From the NCBI GenBank assembly GCA_035718265.1, contig DASTHJ010000156.1:1-35796 (forward strand): 35,796 nucleotides of DNA, written 5' to 3'. This stretch comes from Steroidobacteraceae bacterium (GTDB taxonomy: Bacteria > Pseudomonadota > Gammaproteobacteria > Steroidobacterales > Steroidobacteraceae). The notes below the pieces were generated by a model. That model saw only the letters and a program-made list of their open reading frames with translations. It searched no databases and was not told the DNA's origin. The position numbers were made by a program, and so were the translations under genes. How positions within the stretch are numbered: position 1 is the first letter of the stretch; each line of letters begins with the position of its first letter. Shown in pieces: positions 1 to 12,282 of the stretch.

Positions 1-419
1 ACCAGGCGTATTTCCGTACGGAGATCGAGCCGCTGCTGGCGCAACCGCACGTGGAGTTCGTAGGAGAAATCGGCGAGCGCGACAAGTGCGCTTTCCTCGG
101 CGGCGCGCGGGCGCTACTGTTCCCCATCGACTGGCCGGAACCCTTCGGACTGGTCATGATCGAATCGATGTCCTGCGGCACGCCGGTCGTGGCCTGGCGC
201 GCCGGTTCGGTGCCGGAGATCGTCAGCGAGGGCGTCAATGGCTTCATCGTCGACTCCATCCCCGACGCCGTGGCCGCGGTGCGGCGCGCCACGCAACTGG
301 ATCGCGCGCGCGTGCGCGCGTCCTTCGAAGAACGCTTCACGGTGGAACGCATGACCCACGACTACCTCGACATCTATCGCAGGCTCGCCACGCGGCGGCC
401 CGGCAGGGTGGCGGCCTGA
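1..419 (+). CDS. GT4-family (GT-B fold) glycosyltransferase, C-terminal fragment; 5' end lies outside the window
   Basis: The frame is open from nt 3 to the TGA at 417-419. The translation ...FPIDWPEPFGLVMIESMSCGTPVVAWRAGSVPEIVSEGVNGFIV... carries the E-x7-E sugar-nucleotide binding signature of group 1 glycosyltransferases. Confidence 0.8.
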   Translation, partial: QAYFRTEIEPLLAQPHVEFVGEIGERDKCAFLGGARALLFPIDWPEPFGLVMIESMSCGTPVVAWRAGSVPEIVSEGVNGFIVDSIPDAVAAVRRATQLDRARVRASFEERFTVERMTHDYLDIYRRLATRRPGRVAA

Positions 420-424
420 GGGCG

Positions 425-2608
425 ATGTCCGCGGATCCGAAACTGCAGGAACCGGAGGAGCCGCAGCAGCCGTTCTACATCGCGGCGCACGATTCGCTGG
501 TCGACGAACCGCCGCGCACGCTCAAGCACGGCGACACGTTTGCGCTGTTCGACCACTACGGCGATTTCGCCAGCCGGCGCGGCAATTCGCTCGGGCTGTA
601 CCACTGCGACACGCGGCACCTGTCGCGCCTGAAACTCACCATCGCGAAGCGCAGTCCGCTGCTGCTGTCCTCGACGGTGCGCACCAACAACGCCGTACTC
701 GACGTGGATCTGACCAACCCGGACGTCAAGGACGAGGACACGCTGGTGCTCGCCAAGGACACCGTGCATCTCACGCGCACCAAGTTCCTGTGGAACGGCG
801 GCTGCTACGAGACCCTGAAGTGCCGCAACTTCGGCGAGCAGCATCTGCGGCTGCGCATCGAATTCGACTTCGACGCGGATTTCGCCGACCTGTTCGAAGT
901 GCGCGGCTTCGAGCGCCGCACGCGCGGCCGGGTCACGGCGAGCCGGCGCGGCGACGACGCCGTGCGCTTCAGCTACGACTCGCTCGATGGCGTGCCGCGC
1001 GGCACCGACATCTGTTTCACGCCCGCCCCGCATGAGCTGCAGGCGCGGCATGCCGCCTTCGAGCTCGACCTCGCCCCGAAGGCGCAGGAGTCGCTGGTCA
1101 TGTCGCTGCATTGCACCTCCGGCGACGACTGGACGCAGCGCCAGGTGTTCCGCGCCATGCGTGCCGCGCGGCGCGAACTGCGGGATGCCACGCGGCGCGT
1201 CGCGCGCGTCGAGACATCCAGCGGACTCGTGAACGAGGTGCTGACCCGCTCGATGGCCGACCTCAGCATGCTGGTGACCGACAAGGAGCACGGGCCATAT
1301 CCGTATGCCGGCGTGCCTTGGTTCTCCACGGCGTTCGGCCGCGACGGCCTGATCACCGCCATGCAGATGCTGTGGGTGTATCCCTCGCTCGGCCGCGGCG
1401 TGTTGCGCTTCCTCGCGGACTCGCAGGCGCACGAGCTGAACGCGGCGCGCGATGCAGAGCCGGGCAAGATCCTGCACGAGACTCGCAGCGGCGAGCTGGC
1501 CAACCTCGGCGAGGTGCCGTTCGGCTGCTACTACGGTTCCATCGATTCGACGCCGCTGTTCATCGCGCTCGCGGGGCAGTACTGGCAGCACACCGGCGAC
1601 CAGCAGACCATCGACGCCATCTGGCCGAACATCCTGGCCGCGCTCGAGTGGATGCATCGCTACGGCGATGCCGACGGCGACGGCTTCCTCGAATACCGCC
1701 GCCGCAAGGACAGCGGGCTCGTGAACCAGGGCTGGAAGGACTCGAGCGACGCGGTGTTCCATGCGGACGGCCGGCTCGCCGAGGCGCCGATCGCCCTGTG
1801 CGAAGTCCAGGGTTATGCCTATCTGGCGCTGAGCTCCGCCTCGCGCATGGCGAATGCGCGCGGCGAATCGGTGCTGGCGGCGCGCCTTTCGGTGGAGGCG
1901 CACGCCCTGCGCGAGAAGTTCGAGGCGGAGTTCTGGGACGACGAGCTCGGCATGTATGTGCTGGCGCTCGATGGCGAGAAGCGGCCCTGCCGCGTGCGCA
2001 CCTCGAACGCCGGGCAGGTGCTGTTCACCGGCATCGCCACGCCGGAGCGTGCGGCGCGCATGGCAGAGGAGCTGTCGTCCAGCCATTTCCTGACCGGCTG
2101 GGGCATCCGCACGGTCTGCGAACGCGAACCGCGTTTCAATCCGACCTCGTACCACAACGGCTCGATCTGGCCGCACGACAACTCGCTGATCGCGCTGGGC
2201 CTGGCGCGCTACGGGCATTCCGAGCTCGCGGCGAAGCTGACCACCGCCATCCTCGATGCCGCGATCCACATGGATCTGCGACGGCTGCCGGAGTTGTACT
2301 GCGGCATGCGCCGCCGCCGCGACAAGGGGCCAATTCTCTATCCGGTCGCCTGCTCGCCGCAGGCCTGGGCGGCCGCCGCACCGTTCGCGATGCTGCAGGC
2401 CTGTCTAGGGCTCGAGGTGGATGCCTCGCAGCGCGTCGCGCGACTGCGCTATCCGCGGCTGCCCGAAAGGCTGCACGCGCTGGAAGTGCACGGCCTGCCG
2501 ATCGGCGAGGCCACGGTCGACCTGCTGTTGCGCCGGCACGGCGACGGCGTCGCCGTCAACATCGTGCGTCGGCACGGTGACGCGGAGCTCGTCACGCTGC
2601 AGCGCTGA
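425..2608 (+). CDS. Amylo-alpha-1,6-glucosidase / glycogen-debranching-like protein (GDE_C six-hairpin glycosidase with N-terminal GDE_N-like domain)
   Basis: ATG at 425 lies 5 nt after the GT4 stop; 727 aa. Motifs GVPWFSTAFGRDGLITA, NQGWKDSSDA and YHNGSIWPHDNS are typical of the bacterial GDE_C family. The part of the ORF upstream (86-424) overlaps the GT4 gene and is Arg-rich junk. Confidence 0.85.
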   Translation: MSADPKLQEPEEPQQPFYIAAHDSLVDEPPRTLKHGDTFALFDHYGDFASRRGNSLGLYHCDTRHLSRLKLTIAKRSPLLLSSTVRTNNAVLDVDLTNPDVKDEDTLVLAKDTVHLTRTKFLWNGGCYETLKCRNFGEQHLRLRIEFDFDADFADLFEVRGFERRTRGRVTASRRGDDAVRFSYDSLDGVPRGTDICFTPAPHELQARHAAFELDLAPKAQESLVMSLHCTSGDDWTQRQVFRAMRAARRELRDATRRVARVETSSGLVNEVLTRSMADLSMLVTDKEHGPYPYAGVPWFSTAFGRDGLITAMQMLWVYPSLGRGVLRFLADSQAHELNAARDAEPGKILHETRSGELANLGEVPFGCYYGSIDSTPLFIALAGQYWQHTGDQQTIDAIWPNILAALEWMHRYGDADGDGFLEYRRRKDSGLVNQGWKDSSDAVFHADGRLAEAPIALCEVQGYAYLALSSASRMANARGESVLAARLSVEAHALREKFEAEFWDDELGMYVLALDGEKRPCRVRTSNAGQVLFTGIATPERAARMAEELSSSHFLTGWGIRTVCEREPRFNPTSYHNGSIWPHDNSLIALGLARYGHSELAAKLTTAILDAAIHMDLRRLPELYCGMRRRRDKGPILYPVACSPQAWAAAAPFAMLQACLGLEVDASQRVARLRYPRLPERLHALEVHGLPIGEATVDLLLRRHGDGVAVNIVRRHGDAELVTLQR

Positions 2609-2627
2609 GTCGGTTCGCTCCCGCGCC

Positions 2628-3137
2628 TCACTGACCCGGCAGCTTGCTGGCCATTTCCTTGTGTTCCTTGAGCGTCGGCAGCGTCTTCTTCGCGAAGCCG
2701 GCCAGGTCGGCGTCCGACGATTCGGAGGCGGCCTCGAACAACGCAATCGCCTTGTCGTGATCCATGTTCATGTGGCTGGAATATTCGCGGTCGAACTCCG
2801 TGCCGTCGGCGCTCTCCAGCTTCTTGACCATGTCCTTGTGCTTGGAGTCGAGCATCTTCGGCGCCTCGATGCCCTTGGTCCTGGCGATCGCGGCCAGCTC
2901 GTTGTTCGCCTTGCCGTGATCCGTGACCATGCGCTGCGCGAACTGGCGCACTTCGGCGTTCTTCGACTTGCGCAGTGCGATCTTGCCCAGTTCGACCTCG
3001 GTCATGCCGTCCTGCGCGGCCTTCTGCACGAATACCGTGGGAGCGGGCGGGGAGTCCTCGGCCTCGGCGGCCATCGCCGCACCCGACACGCCGGCGATCG
3101 CCAGGAACAGGAGGGTCTTGGATGTGCTCAAGTGCAT
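2628..3137 (-). CDS. DUF4142 domain protein (secreted, ferritin-like four-helix family)
   Basis: 169 aa with an N-terminal signal peptide (LLFLAIAGVSGAAMA). Two repeats of the pattern Q.A..DG..EV.LG..A..K..N..V..FA..MV.DH, as in DUF4142. Confidence 0.8.
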   Translation of the reverse strand: MHLSTSKTLLFLAIAGVSGAAMAAEAEDSPPAPTVFVQKAAQDGMTEVELGKIALRKSKNAEVRQFAQRMVTDHGKANNELAAIARTKGIEAPKMLDSKHKDMVKKLESADGTEFDREYSSHMNMDHDKAIALFEAASESSDADLAGFAKKTLPTLKEHKEMASKLPGQ

Positions 3138-3251
3138 GTTCGGTCTCCCGATCAGTTGCGGATGTGCCCCAAGCCTGCGGGCCCGGGCGCGGGAATGCAG
3201 TCGGCGCGCGACGCCGGTGCGTGCTGCGCCACGCCTACAGCCGGGCGGAAG

Positions 3252-3848
3252 TTAGGCGAGTTTGCCGGAGTCGAACCGCAGCGAGCGTGCATGGCGCGGC
3301 ACGCGGGCGCCGAGCACCTCGCCGAGGCCGGTCAGCGTGGCGCGCACGGCGCGTTGCAAGGCGCCGGCCATGGTGTCCTGCGGCACGATGAGCTGGAAGC
3401 CGCGCGTGTGCGCGTCGCAGGCCGTCATCCACACGCAGCTCTCGGCGGAAATGCCCGCGATCAGCAGCGTGTCCACGCGGCGGTCGGCCAGCAGCATCTC
3501 GAGCGGCGAGCCGTAAAAGGCGGAGTGGCGCGGCTTGAGCACGATGGAATCGCGCGGCTCGGGCAGCAGGCTCCCGACCAGCTCGGCGCCCGGCCCGGCG
3601 TGGCGCATGCAGTAGGCGATCAATCCGGCCGAGTCGCTGCGCCACGGCCCGAGGTTGTCGTTGGCATAGATGACCGGCACGCGTTGCGTGCGCGCGTGCG
3701 CGAGCAACGCGCGGATCGCCGGCGCCTGGCGCGCCAGCGCCCGACGCACGGCCGGTCCGTCCGGAAAATCGAAGTCGGTGATCAGGTCCAGGGCGAGTAC
3801 GGCCACTCGCCCCGACCGGCGCGGTCGCGGCTGCAATCCACGACGCAT
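3252..3848 (-). CDS. Isochorismatase-family cysteine hydrolase
   Basis: 198 aa. Contains VLALDLITDFDFP, KPRHSAFYGSPLEMLL and DTLLIAGISAESCVWMTACDA (catalytic Cys context), which are typical of isochorismatase-like hydrolases. Confidence 0.8.
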   Translation of the reverse strand: MRRGLQPRPRRSGRVAVLALDLITDFDFPDGPAVRRALARQAPAIRALLAHARTQRVPVIYANDNLGPWRSDSAGLIAYCMRHAGPGAELVGSLLPEPRDSIVLKPRHSAFYGSPLEMLLADRRVDTLLIAGISAESCVWMTACDAHTRGFQLIVPQDTMAGALQRAVRATLTGLGEVLGARVPRHARSLRFDSGKLA

Positions 3849-3857
3849 CGCCCCTGG

Positions 3858-4070
3858 CTACTTCTTCTTTCTCCGCGAGCCGCCGCTGCTCGAGCGCTTC
3901 TTCGGCACCTTGGCGCCGGAGCGCCGCGCCTCGGACAGCCCAATGGCGATGGCCTGCTTGCGGCTCTTCACCTTCTTGCCGGACCGGCCGCTCTTCAGCG
4001 TGCCGCGCTTGCGCTCGTGCATGGCCCGCTTGACCTTGCTCTGCGCCTTCTTGCCGTATTTCCTGGCCAT
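3858..4070 (-). CDS. Small highly basic protein, DUF6496-like
   Basis: 70 aa. The core KVKRAMHERKRGTLKSGRSGKKVKSRKQAIAIGLSEARRSGAKVP matches, from my recollection, the conserved core of small stress-associated DUF6496 proteins. Assignment made from memory only. Confidence 0.65.
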   Translation of the reverse strand: MARKYGKKAQSKVKRAMHERKRGTLKSGRSGKKVKSRKQAIAIGLSEARRSGAKVPKKRSSSGGSRRKKK

Positions 4071-4083
4071 GTTCGCTCCTCGT

Positions 4084-4632
4084 TCAGCGAGCCCGCGCCA
4101 TGCGGCCGGTCTGCGAGCGCTCCTTCTGGCCAGTCGGCGGCGGCATGTCGCTGTCCTCGATTTCGCTTTCGAGCTCGGCCTTGCGGGTGGCGAGCTGCTC
4201 GCCGAGCGCCTGCAGGTCCATGTCAGAGTCGCGCGACTTGCTGAACATGCCGCCCGGCTTCTCCTCTTCCTTGACGTGGTGCTTGATCATCTCGGAGAGC
4301 ACCGTCACCTTCGCGTCGAAGTAGTCGTCGTCGGGCGAGGATGCCTCGATCTCGGCGATCAGCTTCTCGGCACCGGCGTGCTCGACTTCGGCCTCGTGGT
4401 GGATGTCGGTCTCGTCGGTGGCCTCGAGGAAGGCGGGATAGAAGATCTCCTCCTCGATCTTGGTGTGGATCTTGAGCGCATTGCAGACCTGGGTCGCCAG
4501 CCGCTGCTTGCGATCCGCGTCGCGCGCCTTCTCGAATTGTTCGAACAGGTCTTCGACCGTGCGATGGTCCGCCTTCAGCAGCGCGATCGCGTCGGGGTTC
4601 TTGCCTGCTTTCGCCGGCTTTGCTCGTGCCAT
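4084..4632 (-). CDS. Hemerythrin (HHE cation-binding) domain protein
   Basis: 182 aa. Contains LLKADHRTVEDLFEQFE, H.KIEEEIFYPA and the HH.E...H/E ligand pattern, followed by an acidic C-terminal tail. Confidence 0.8.
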   Translation of the reverse strand: MARAKPAKAGKNPDAIALLKADHRTVEDLFEQFEKARDADRKQRLATQVCNALKIHTKIEEEIFYPAFLEATDETDIHHEAEVEHAGAEKLIAEIEASSPDDDYFDAKVTVLSEMIKHHVKEEEKPGGMFSKSRDSDMDLQALGEQLATRKAELESEIEDSDMPPPTGQKERSQTGRMARAR

Positions 4633-4852
4633 GGTGGGTCCTCCGTATGTGGCCTCGCCATGCTGAAGTGACCCGCGCGCTTGCGATATCGACGTTCATG
4701 CGTCCTCGACGTCAGGCGACACTCACAAGCAATGCGAGCGTTTCGCATTTCCGATCAAGCTGCGGAGCGCGCATCGCTTGCCGCCTCCTACATCGGCGGA
4801 CCCGCCACCGGTTCCTAATGTGTCCGACAGCTTCGCGTCGAAGGAGGAGGCC

Positions 4853-5395
4853 ATGGCAACGCAAAATCCACGCGAGGGCATGCTCGCCCTGCAACAGGCT
4901 GGCGCCGAGGCCGGCAATCGCATCTCGGTCACTTCGCCGGCGATCCACGGCAGCATCGCCCGGGTGCAATCCGAATACGGCGAGGGCGTCTCGCCGGAGA
5001 TCTGGTGGGAACGCGTCGAGGGCGCCAAGTCCTATGCGCTGATCCTCGAGGACCCGGATGCGCCGTCGCCCGCGCCGTTCGTGCACTGGGTGGCCTACAA
5101 CATTCCGGCGGACCGGACTTCGCTGCCCGAAGGCCTGCAGGAGCAGGAACAGCTCACCGAGCCCGCGCCGCTGCTGCAGGGCAAGACCAGCAAGGGCAAC
5201 GTCGGGTATTTCGGGCCGCGGCCTCCGGTCGGCGATCCGCCGCATCACTACCATTTCCAGGTGTTCGCGCTGGACCGCACGCTGGACGTGCGGCCCGGCG
5301 CCGATCGTGACGAGGTGCTGAGCGCCATGTCGGGCCACGTGATCGCGGCCGGCGAACTGGTGGGCACGTACCAGCAGACCGAGCAGCCGGGGTAG
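4853..5395 (+). CDS. YbhB/YbcL-family phosphatidylethanolamine-binding (Raf kinase inhibitor-like) protein
   Basis: ATG at 4853 is preceded by AAGGAGG (4841-4847). Motifs LEDPDAPSP..FVHWV and GPRPPVGDPPHHYHFQVFALD are PEBP hallmarks. The ORF track's upstream start (4778) lacks an RBS. Confidence 0.85.
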   Translation: MATQNPREGMLALQQAGAEAGNRISVTSPAIHGSIARVQSEYGEGVSPEIWWERVEGAKSYALILEDPDAPSPAPFVHWVAYNIPADRTSLPEGLQEQEQLTEPAPLLQGKTSKGNVGYFGPRPPVGDPPHHYHFQVFALDRTLDVRPGADRDEVLSAMSGHVIAAGELVGTYQQTEQPG

Positions 5396-5402
5396 CCGGC
5401 GC

Positions 5403-7349
5403 ATGGACGCTCCCGCCAGACGCAATGGCTCGGACATCCTGATCGACTGCCTGGTGGCCTGGGGCGTCGACACGATCTTTGGACTGCCCGGCGACGGCAT
5501 CAACGGCGTCATGGAGGCGATCCGCAAGCGCGACGACATCCGCTTCATCCAGGTGCGGCATGAGGAGTCCGCGGCACTCATGGCCTGCGCGCACTCGAAG
5601 TGGACCGGCCGCATCGGCTGCTGCCTCGCGACCACGGGACCGGGCGGCGTGCACCTGTTGAACGGGCTGTACGACGCCAGGTTCGACAAGGCATCGGTCA
5701 TCGCCATTACGGGTCTGCCTTACCACGATCTCATCGACACGTTCACGCAGCAGGACGTCGACCTGCCGAAGCTGTTCGCCGACGTGGCGGCCTACAGCAC
5801 GCGTATCATGAGCGCCGCGCACGTCGAGAACGCGGTGTCGCTGGCCTGCCGCATCGCCTGTTCGCAGCACGCGGTGGCGCACGTGGCGATTCCCACGGAC
5901 GTGCAGGAGGAGACGGTCGAGGACTCGCAACCCTCGATGCGCAACGTCGCGCACCACGTCTCGTTCGCGCACCAGGAGAGCGAGCGCGTGCCGGAGGAGC
6001 CGGAGATCGCGCGTGCCATCGACATCCTGAATCGTGGCAAGCGCGTCGCGATACTGGCGGGCCATGGGGCGCAGCAGGCGGGCGGTGAGCTGCTCGAAGT
6101 CGCCGAGCTGCTCGGCGCGCCCATCGTCAAGGCGCTGCTCGGCAAGGCGGTGGTGCCCGACGATCATCCGCTGTGCCTGGGCGGCATCGGCCTGCTGGGC
6201 ACGCGACCCTCGCAGGAAGCCTTCGAGGAATGCGACACGCTGCTGATCGTCGGCTCGACGTTTCCGTACGTCGAGTACTACCCGAAGCCCGGACAGGCAC
6301 GCGGCGTGCAGATCGATCGCGACGCCTCGCGCATCGGCTTGCGGTTTCCGGTCGAGGTGGGCCTGGTCGGCGACGCGCGCAAGACGCTCGCCATCCTCGC
6401 CGCGCGCCTCAAGGCACACGGCGACCGGCAATTCCTCGAGTGCTGCCAGCGCCGCATGCGCGAGTGGCGGGCGCTGCTCGAGACATCCGCGGACAACGGC
6501 AACGGGCAGTTGGCGCCCGGCAAGCTCGCCTGCGAGCTGGACCGCCGGCTCGCGGACGATGCGCTGGTCGCCTGGGACTCCGGGCACAACACCGGCGTGC
6601 TGGCGCGCTACGTGCAGGCGCGCGGCACGCAGCGGTTCGCCGGCTCGGGAATGCTCGCCACCATGGCCTGCTCGATTCCGTACGCCATCGCCGCGGCGCT
6701 CGCGTTTCCCGGCCGCCAGGTGGTCGCGTTCACCGGCGACGGCGGACTCTCGATGTTGTTGGGTGAGCTCGCGACCCTCGTGCGCTACCGTCTGCCCATC
6801 AAGATCGTGGTCATGAAGAACAATTCGCTCGGCCAGATCAAGTGGGAGCAGCTCATGTTCCTCGGCAACCCCGAGTTCGAGTGCGACCTGACGCCCATCG
6901 ACTTCGCGCGCGTCGCGGAAGGTTTCGGCATCGCGGGCTTCCGCAGCGATTCGCCGGACACGGTCGGCGAAGCGCTGGACGCCTTGCTGGCGCACGACGG
7001 TCCCGCGCTGCTCGAGGCGAGCGTCGATCCGTACGAACCGCTGCTGCCCGCCAAGCGCATCGAGAAGTACGCGCAGAACCTGCAGAAGGCGCTGGATGCC
7101 GGTACGCGCGACGCCGAGCAGATCCGCGCCGCGCTGGCGCGCGAGCCGTCGCGCTCGCAGCTCGCCGACGGCGACTCCGGCGCGCTGATCGGTGCCGAGG
7201 GCACGGAGCCCATCGGCGCGCCGCGTCGCAGCGGCGAGGCGCAGCAACGGCCGATCGACGAGGAAGTGGATGCGGCGGTGGCCGGGACTTTTCCGGCCAG
7301 CGATCCATACAGCCATTCGACGGTCGAGGGGCACCGCGCGGGCCGCTGA
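5403..7349 (+). CDS. Thiamine-pyrophosphate-requiring enzyme, pyruvate oxidase/dehydrogenase (PoxB)-like, with about 60-aa C-terminal extension
   Basis: 648 aa. The N-terminal TPP_enzyme_N region reads GVDTIFGLPGDGINGVMEAI...VRHEESAALMACAHSKWTG...TTGPGGVHLLNGLYDA. The C-terminal TPP-binding motif is GDGGLSMLLGELATL...NNSLGQI. The extra tail carries TFPASDP. Confidence 0.85.
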   Translation: MDAPARRNGSDILIDCLVAWGVDTIFGLPGDGINGVMEAIRKRDDIRFIQVRHEESAALMACAHSKWTGRIGCCLATTGPGGVHLLNGLYDARFDKASVIAITGLPYHDLIDTFTQQDVDLPKLFADVAAYSTRIMSAAHVENAVSLACRIACSQHAVAHVAIPTDVQEETVEDSQPSMRNVAHHVSFAHQESERVPEEPEIARAIDILNRGKRVAILAGHGAQQAGGELLEVAELLGAPIVKALLGKAVVPDDHPLCLGGIGLLGTRPSQEAFEECDTLLIVGSTFPYVEYYPKPGQARGVQIDRDASRIGLRFPVEVGLVGDARKTLAILAARLKAHGDRQFLECCQRRMREWRALLETSADNGNGQLAPGKLACELDRRLADDALVAWDSGHNTGVLARYVQARGTQRFAGSGMLATMACSIPYAIAAALAFPGRQVVAFTGDGGLSMLLGELATLVRYRLPIKIVVMKNNSLGQIKWEQLMFLGNPEFECDLTPIDFARVAEGFGIAGFRSDSPDTVGEALDALLAHDGPALLEASVDPYEPLLPAKRIEKYAQNLQKALDAGTRDAEQIRAALAREPSRSQLADGDSGALIGAEGTEPIGAPRRSGEAQQRPIDEEVDAAVAGTFPASDPYSHSTVEGHRAGR

Positions 7350-7359
7350 GCGCCGCGGC

Positions 7360-8958
7360 TCAGGCGCGCGTCAGGCGCGAGATCGTGCGCGCCAGCATCT
7401 CCGGATCCGCGGGCTTGGTGAGGTGCGCATCGAAACCGGCATCCGTGGCGAGCTGCTTGTCGGTGTCCTGGCCCCAGCCGCTGACCGCGATGACCGTGAT
7501 GCGTGCGCCGAATTTGGCGCGGATGCGCCGGCAGGTTTCGTAGCCGTTCAGACCCGGCATGCCGATGTCGAGCAGCACGACGTGTGGCGGGTCCTCGTCG
7601 ATGGCCGCCAGGGCCTGCTGCGCCGCATAGGCGACGCGCACCTGCGCGCCCTCGAGCTCGGCGAGCAATGCCATCGAATCCGCCGCGTCTGGATTGTCGT
7701 CGACGATCAGCAGGCGCAGTCCGTCGAGCGCCGGCCGCGATGCGCTCGACCCCGGCTCGGAAGGTGCCGCCGGCAGGCGCGTCGGCAGCGTGACGACGAA
7801 CTCGCTGCCGGCGTTTTCGCCGGCGCTGCGCGCCACCAGGCTGCCGCCATGCAGTTCCACCAGCCGGCGCGCGATCGCCAGCCCGATGCCGAGCCCGCCG
7901 TGGTGCTCGCGCATGCGCGTGGCGGCCTGCGCGAACAGGTCGAACACGCGCGGCAATTGTTCGGCTGGAATGCCGATACCGGTGTCCGCGACACGGATCA
8001 CGAGCTGTTCCTCGCCGTCGGCCAGGTCCAGTTGCGCGGCGACGCGCACGCGGCCGCCGGCCGGCGTGAACTTGCTGGCGTTCTGCAGCAGGTTGGCGAT
8101 CACCTGGGAAATTCGCGTCGCGTCGACGTGCAGCGTCAGCTCCGGAAGTGGCTCGACGGTCAGCTCGAGCCGCGCCGCCTCGATGGCCGTGCGCGTGGCC
8201 TCGACGGCGCTCTCGATCAGCGTCGACAATGATACCGGCGCGCGTTTCAGCTCGATCTTGCCCGCGGAGATGCGCGCCACGTCGAGCAGGTCGTCGATGA
8301 GGCGCACCATGTGCGCGATCTGCCGCTCCATCATGGGCCGCACGGATTCGAGCAGGTCCGGGCGCGTGCGCACGTTCTTCAGGAGCTCGATGCCGTTGCG
8401 GATCGGTACCAGCGGATTGCGCAGCTCGTGCGCCAGCACGGCGATGAATTCGTTCTTGTGCCGGTCGGCCTCGCGCAGCCGGCGCTCGCTCTCACGCAGC
8501 GCCGCCTCGCCGCGCGTGCGCTCGGTGATGTCGCGCACCACCGAGACCGAGCCGATGATGCGGCCGCTGGCATCGCGCACCGGCGCGGCGCTGACCTGGC
8601 GATGGCGCAGCTCGCCGCTGCGCGGCGTGCGCACCAGGTGCTCCTCGTCGCGGATGATCTCGCCCTGCAGCGCGCGCAGCGGCGGCGCCTCCTCGGGCGG
8701 CCGCGGCGTGCCGTCCGGCCGCAGCACCTCGAGCCTGGAGACGACCTCGGCGACCGGTACGCCGCTCACGGTGTCGTGGCCGAACTCACGCATCGCGGCC
8801 GGATTCGCATAGGTGTAGCGCCGCTGCGCGTCGGTGAAATAAACCTCCTCGGTCATGCTGTTGAGCAGCGCGGCCAGCCATTCTTTTTCGGCGCGCTCGG
8901 CTTCGAGCACGCGCGCCAGATCCGGTGCGGACTTCGGTTCGTTCTCGGGCTTGCTCAT
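7360..8958 (-). CDS. Soluble PAS-domain hybrid sensor histidine kinase / response regulator
   Basis: PAS-like N-terminal half, H-box FIAVLAHELRNPL, and ATPase G-boxes DTGIGI and GGLGIGLAIARRLVELHGG. The C-terminal REC domain reads LLIVDDNPDAAD...VLLDIGMPGLNGYE...TKP. No TM segment is seen. Start chosen at MSKPENEP (ATG 8958) rather than the ORF-track 9018. Confidence 0.85.
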   Translation of the reverse strand: MSKPENEPKSAPDLARVLEAERAEKEWLAALLNSMTEEVYFTDAQRRYTYANPAAMREFGHDTVSGVPVAEVVSRLEVLRPDGTPRPPEEAPPLRALQGEIIRDEEHLVRTPRSGELRHRQVSAAPVRDASGRIIGSVSVVRDITERTRGEAALRESERRLREADRHKNEFIAVLAHELRNPLVPIRNGIELLKNVRTRPDLLESVRPMMERQIAHMVRLIDDLLDVARISAGKIELKRAPVSLSTLIESAVEATRTAIEAARLELTVEPLPELTLHVDATRISQVIANLLQNASKFTPAGGRVRVAAQLDLADGEEQLVIRVADTGIGIPAEQLPRVFDLFAQAATRMREHHGGLGIGLAIARRLVELHGGSLVARSAGENAGSEFVVTLPTRLPAAPSEPGSSASRPALDGLRLLIVDDNPDAADSMALLAELEGAQVRVAYAAQQALAAIDEDPPHVVLLDIGMPGLNGYETCRRIRAKFGARITVIAVSGWGQDTDKQLATDAGFDAHLTKPADPEMLARTISRLTRA

Positions 8959-8962
8959 GCGG

Positions 8963-11935
<2,973 letters not shown>

Positions 11936-11939
<4 letters not shown>

Positions 11940-12268
11940 TTGCGTTCGCCCGCGGGCTGCTTGAGTTCGGCGCGGATCTCGTCAATTGAACGCTGCGTGC
12001 GGGTGATGCCCTTGACGTCATAACCGGCGTCCGTCAGCGCTTTCGTGAGATCGGCATCCGTGATGTCCTGACCGTCGCGCGTCGACACCGCCACCAGTTT
12101 GTGCTCCAGGCTCACCACCACGTCGGTGGTCGCCGGATTCCTGCGCAGCGTCTTTTCGATGCCTTGCGCGCAGAACCCGCAGACCAGTCCATAGACCTTC
12201 ATTTCGATGGTGCCCGCGTGCGCCATGCCGGTGAGCAGCGCGAACGTGCAGAAAATCAGCTTTCTCAT
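11936..12268 (-). CDS. Periplasmic heavy-metal-associated (HMA) domain protein, MerP/CopZ-like (paralog 1)
   Basis: 110 aa with signal peptide MRKLIFCTFALLTGMAHA. The ferredoxin-like HMA fold carries the metal-binding loop GLVCGFCAQGIEK (CxxC). Confidence 0.8.
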
Positions 12269-12282
12269 GAGTTTGCTCCAAT

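Noticed and set aside
2421-4244. 607-aa plus-strand ORF
   Set aside because: It spans four independent minus-strand genes with recognisable families (DUF4142, isochorismatase, DUF6496-like, hemerythrin). It has no motifs of its own and low-complexity Arg/Ala/Gly content.
5154-7334. 726-aa ORF on the minus strand
   Set aside because: It lies entirely antisense to the well-supported PoxB-like TPP enzyme. The translation is Arg/Ala/Gly/Pro-rich with no recognisable motifs. This is a typical open antisense frame of a high-GC gene.
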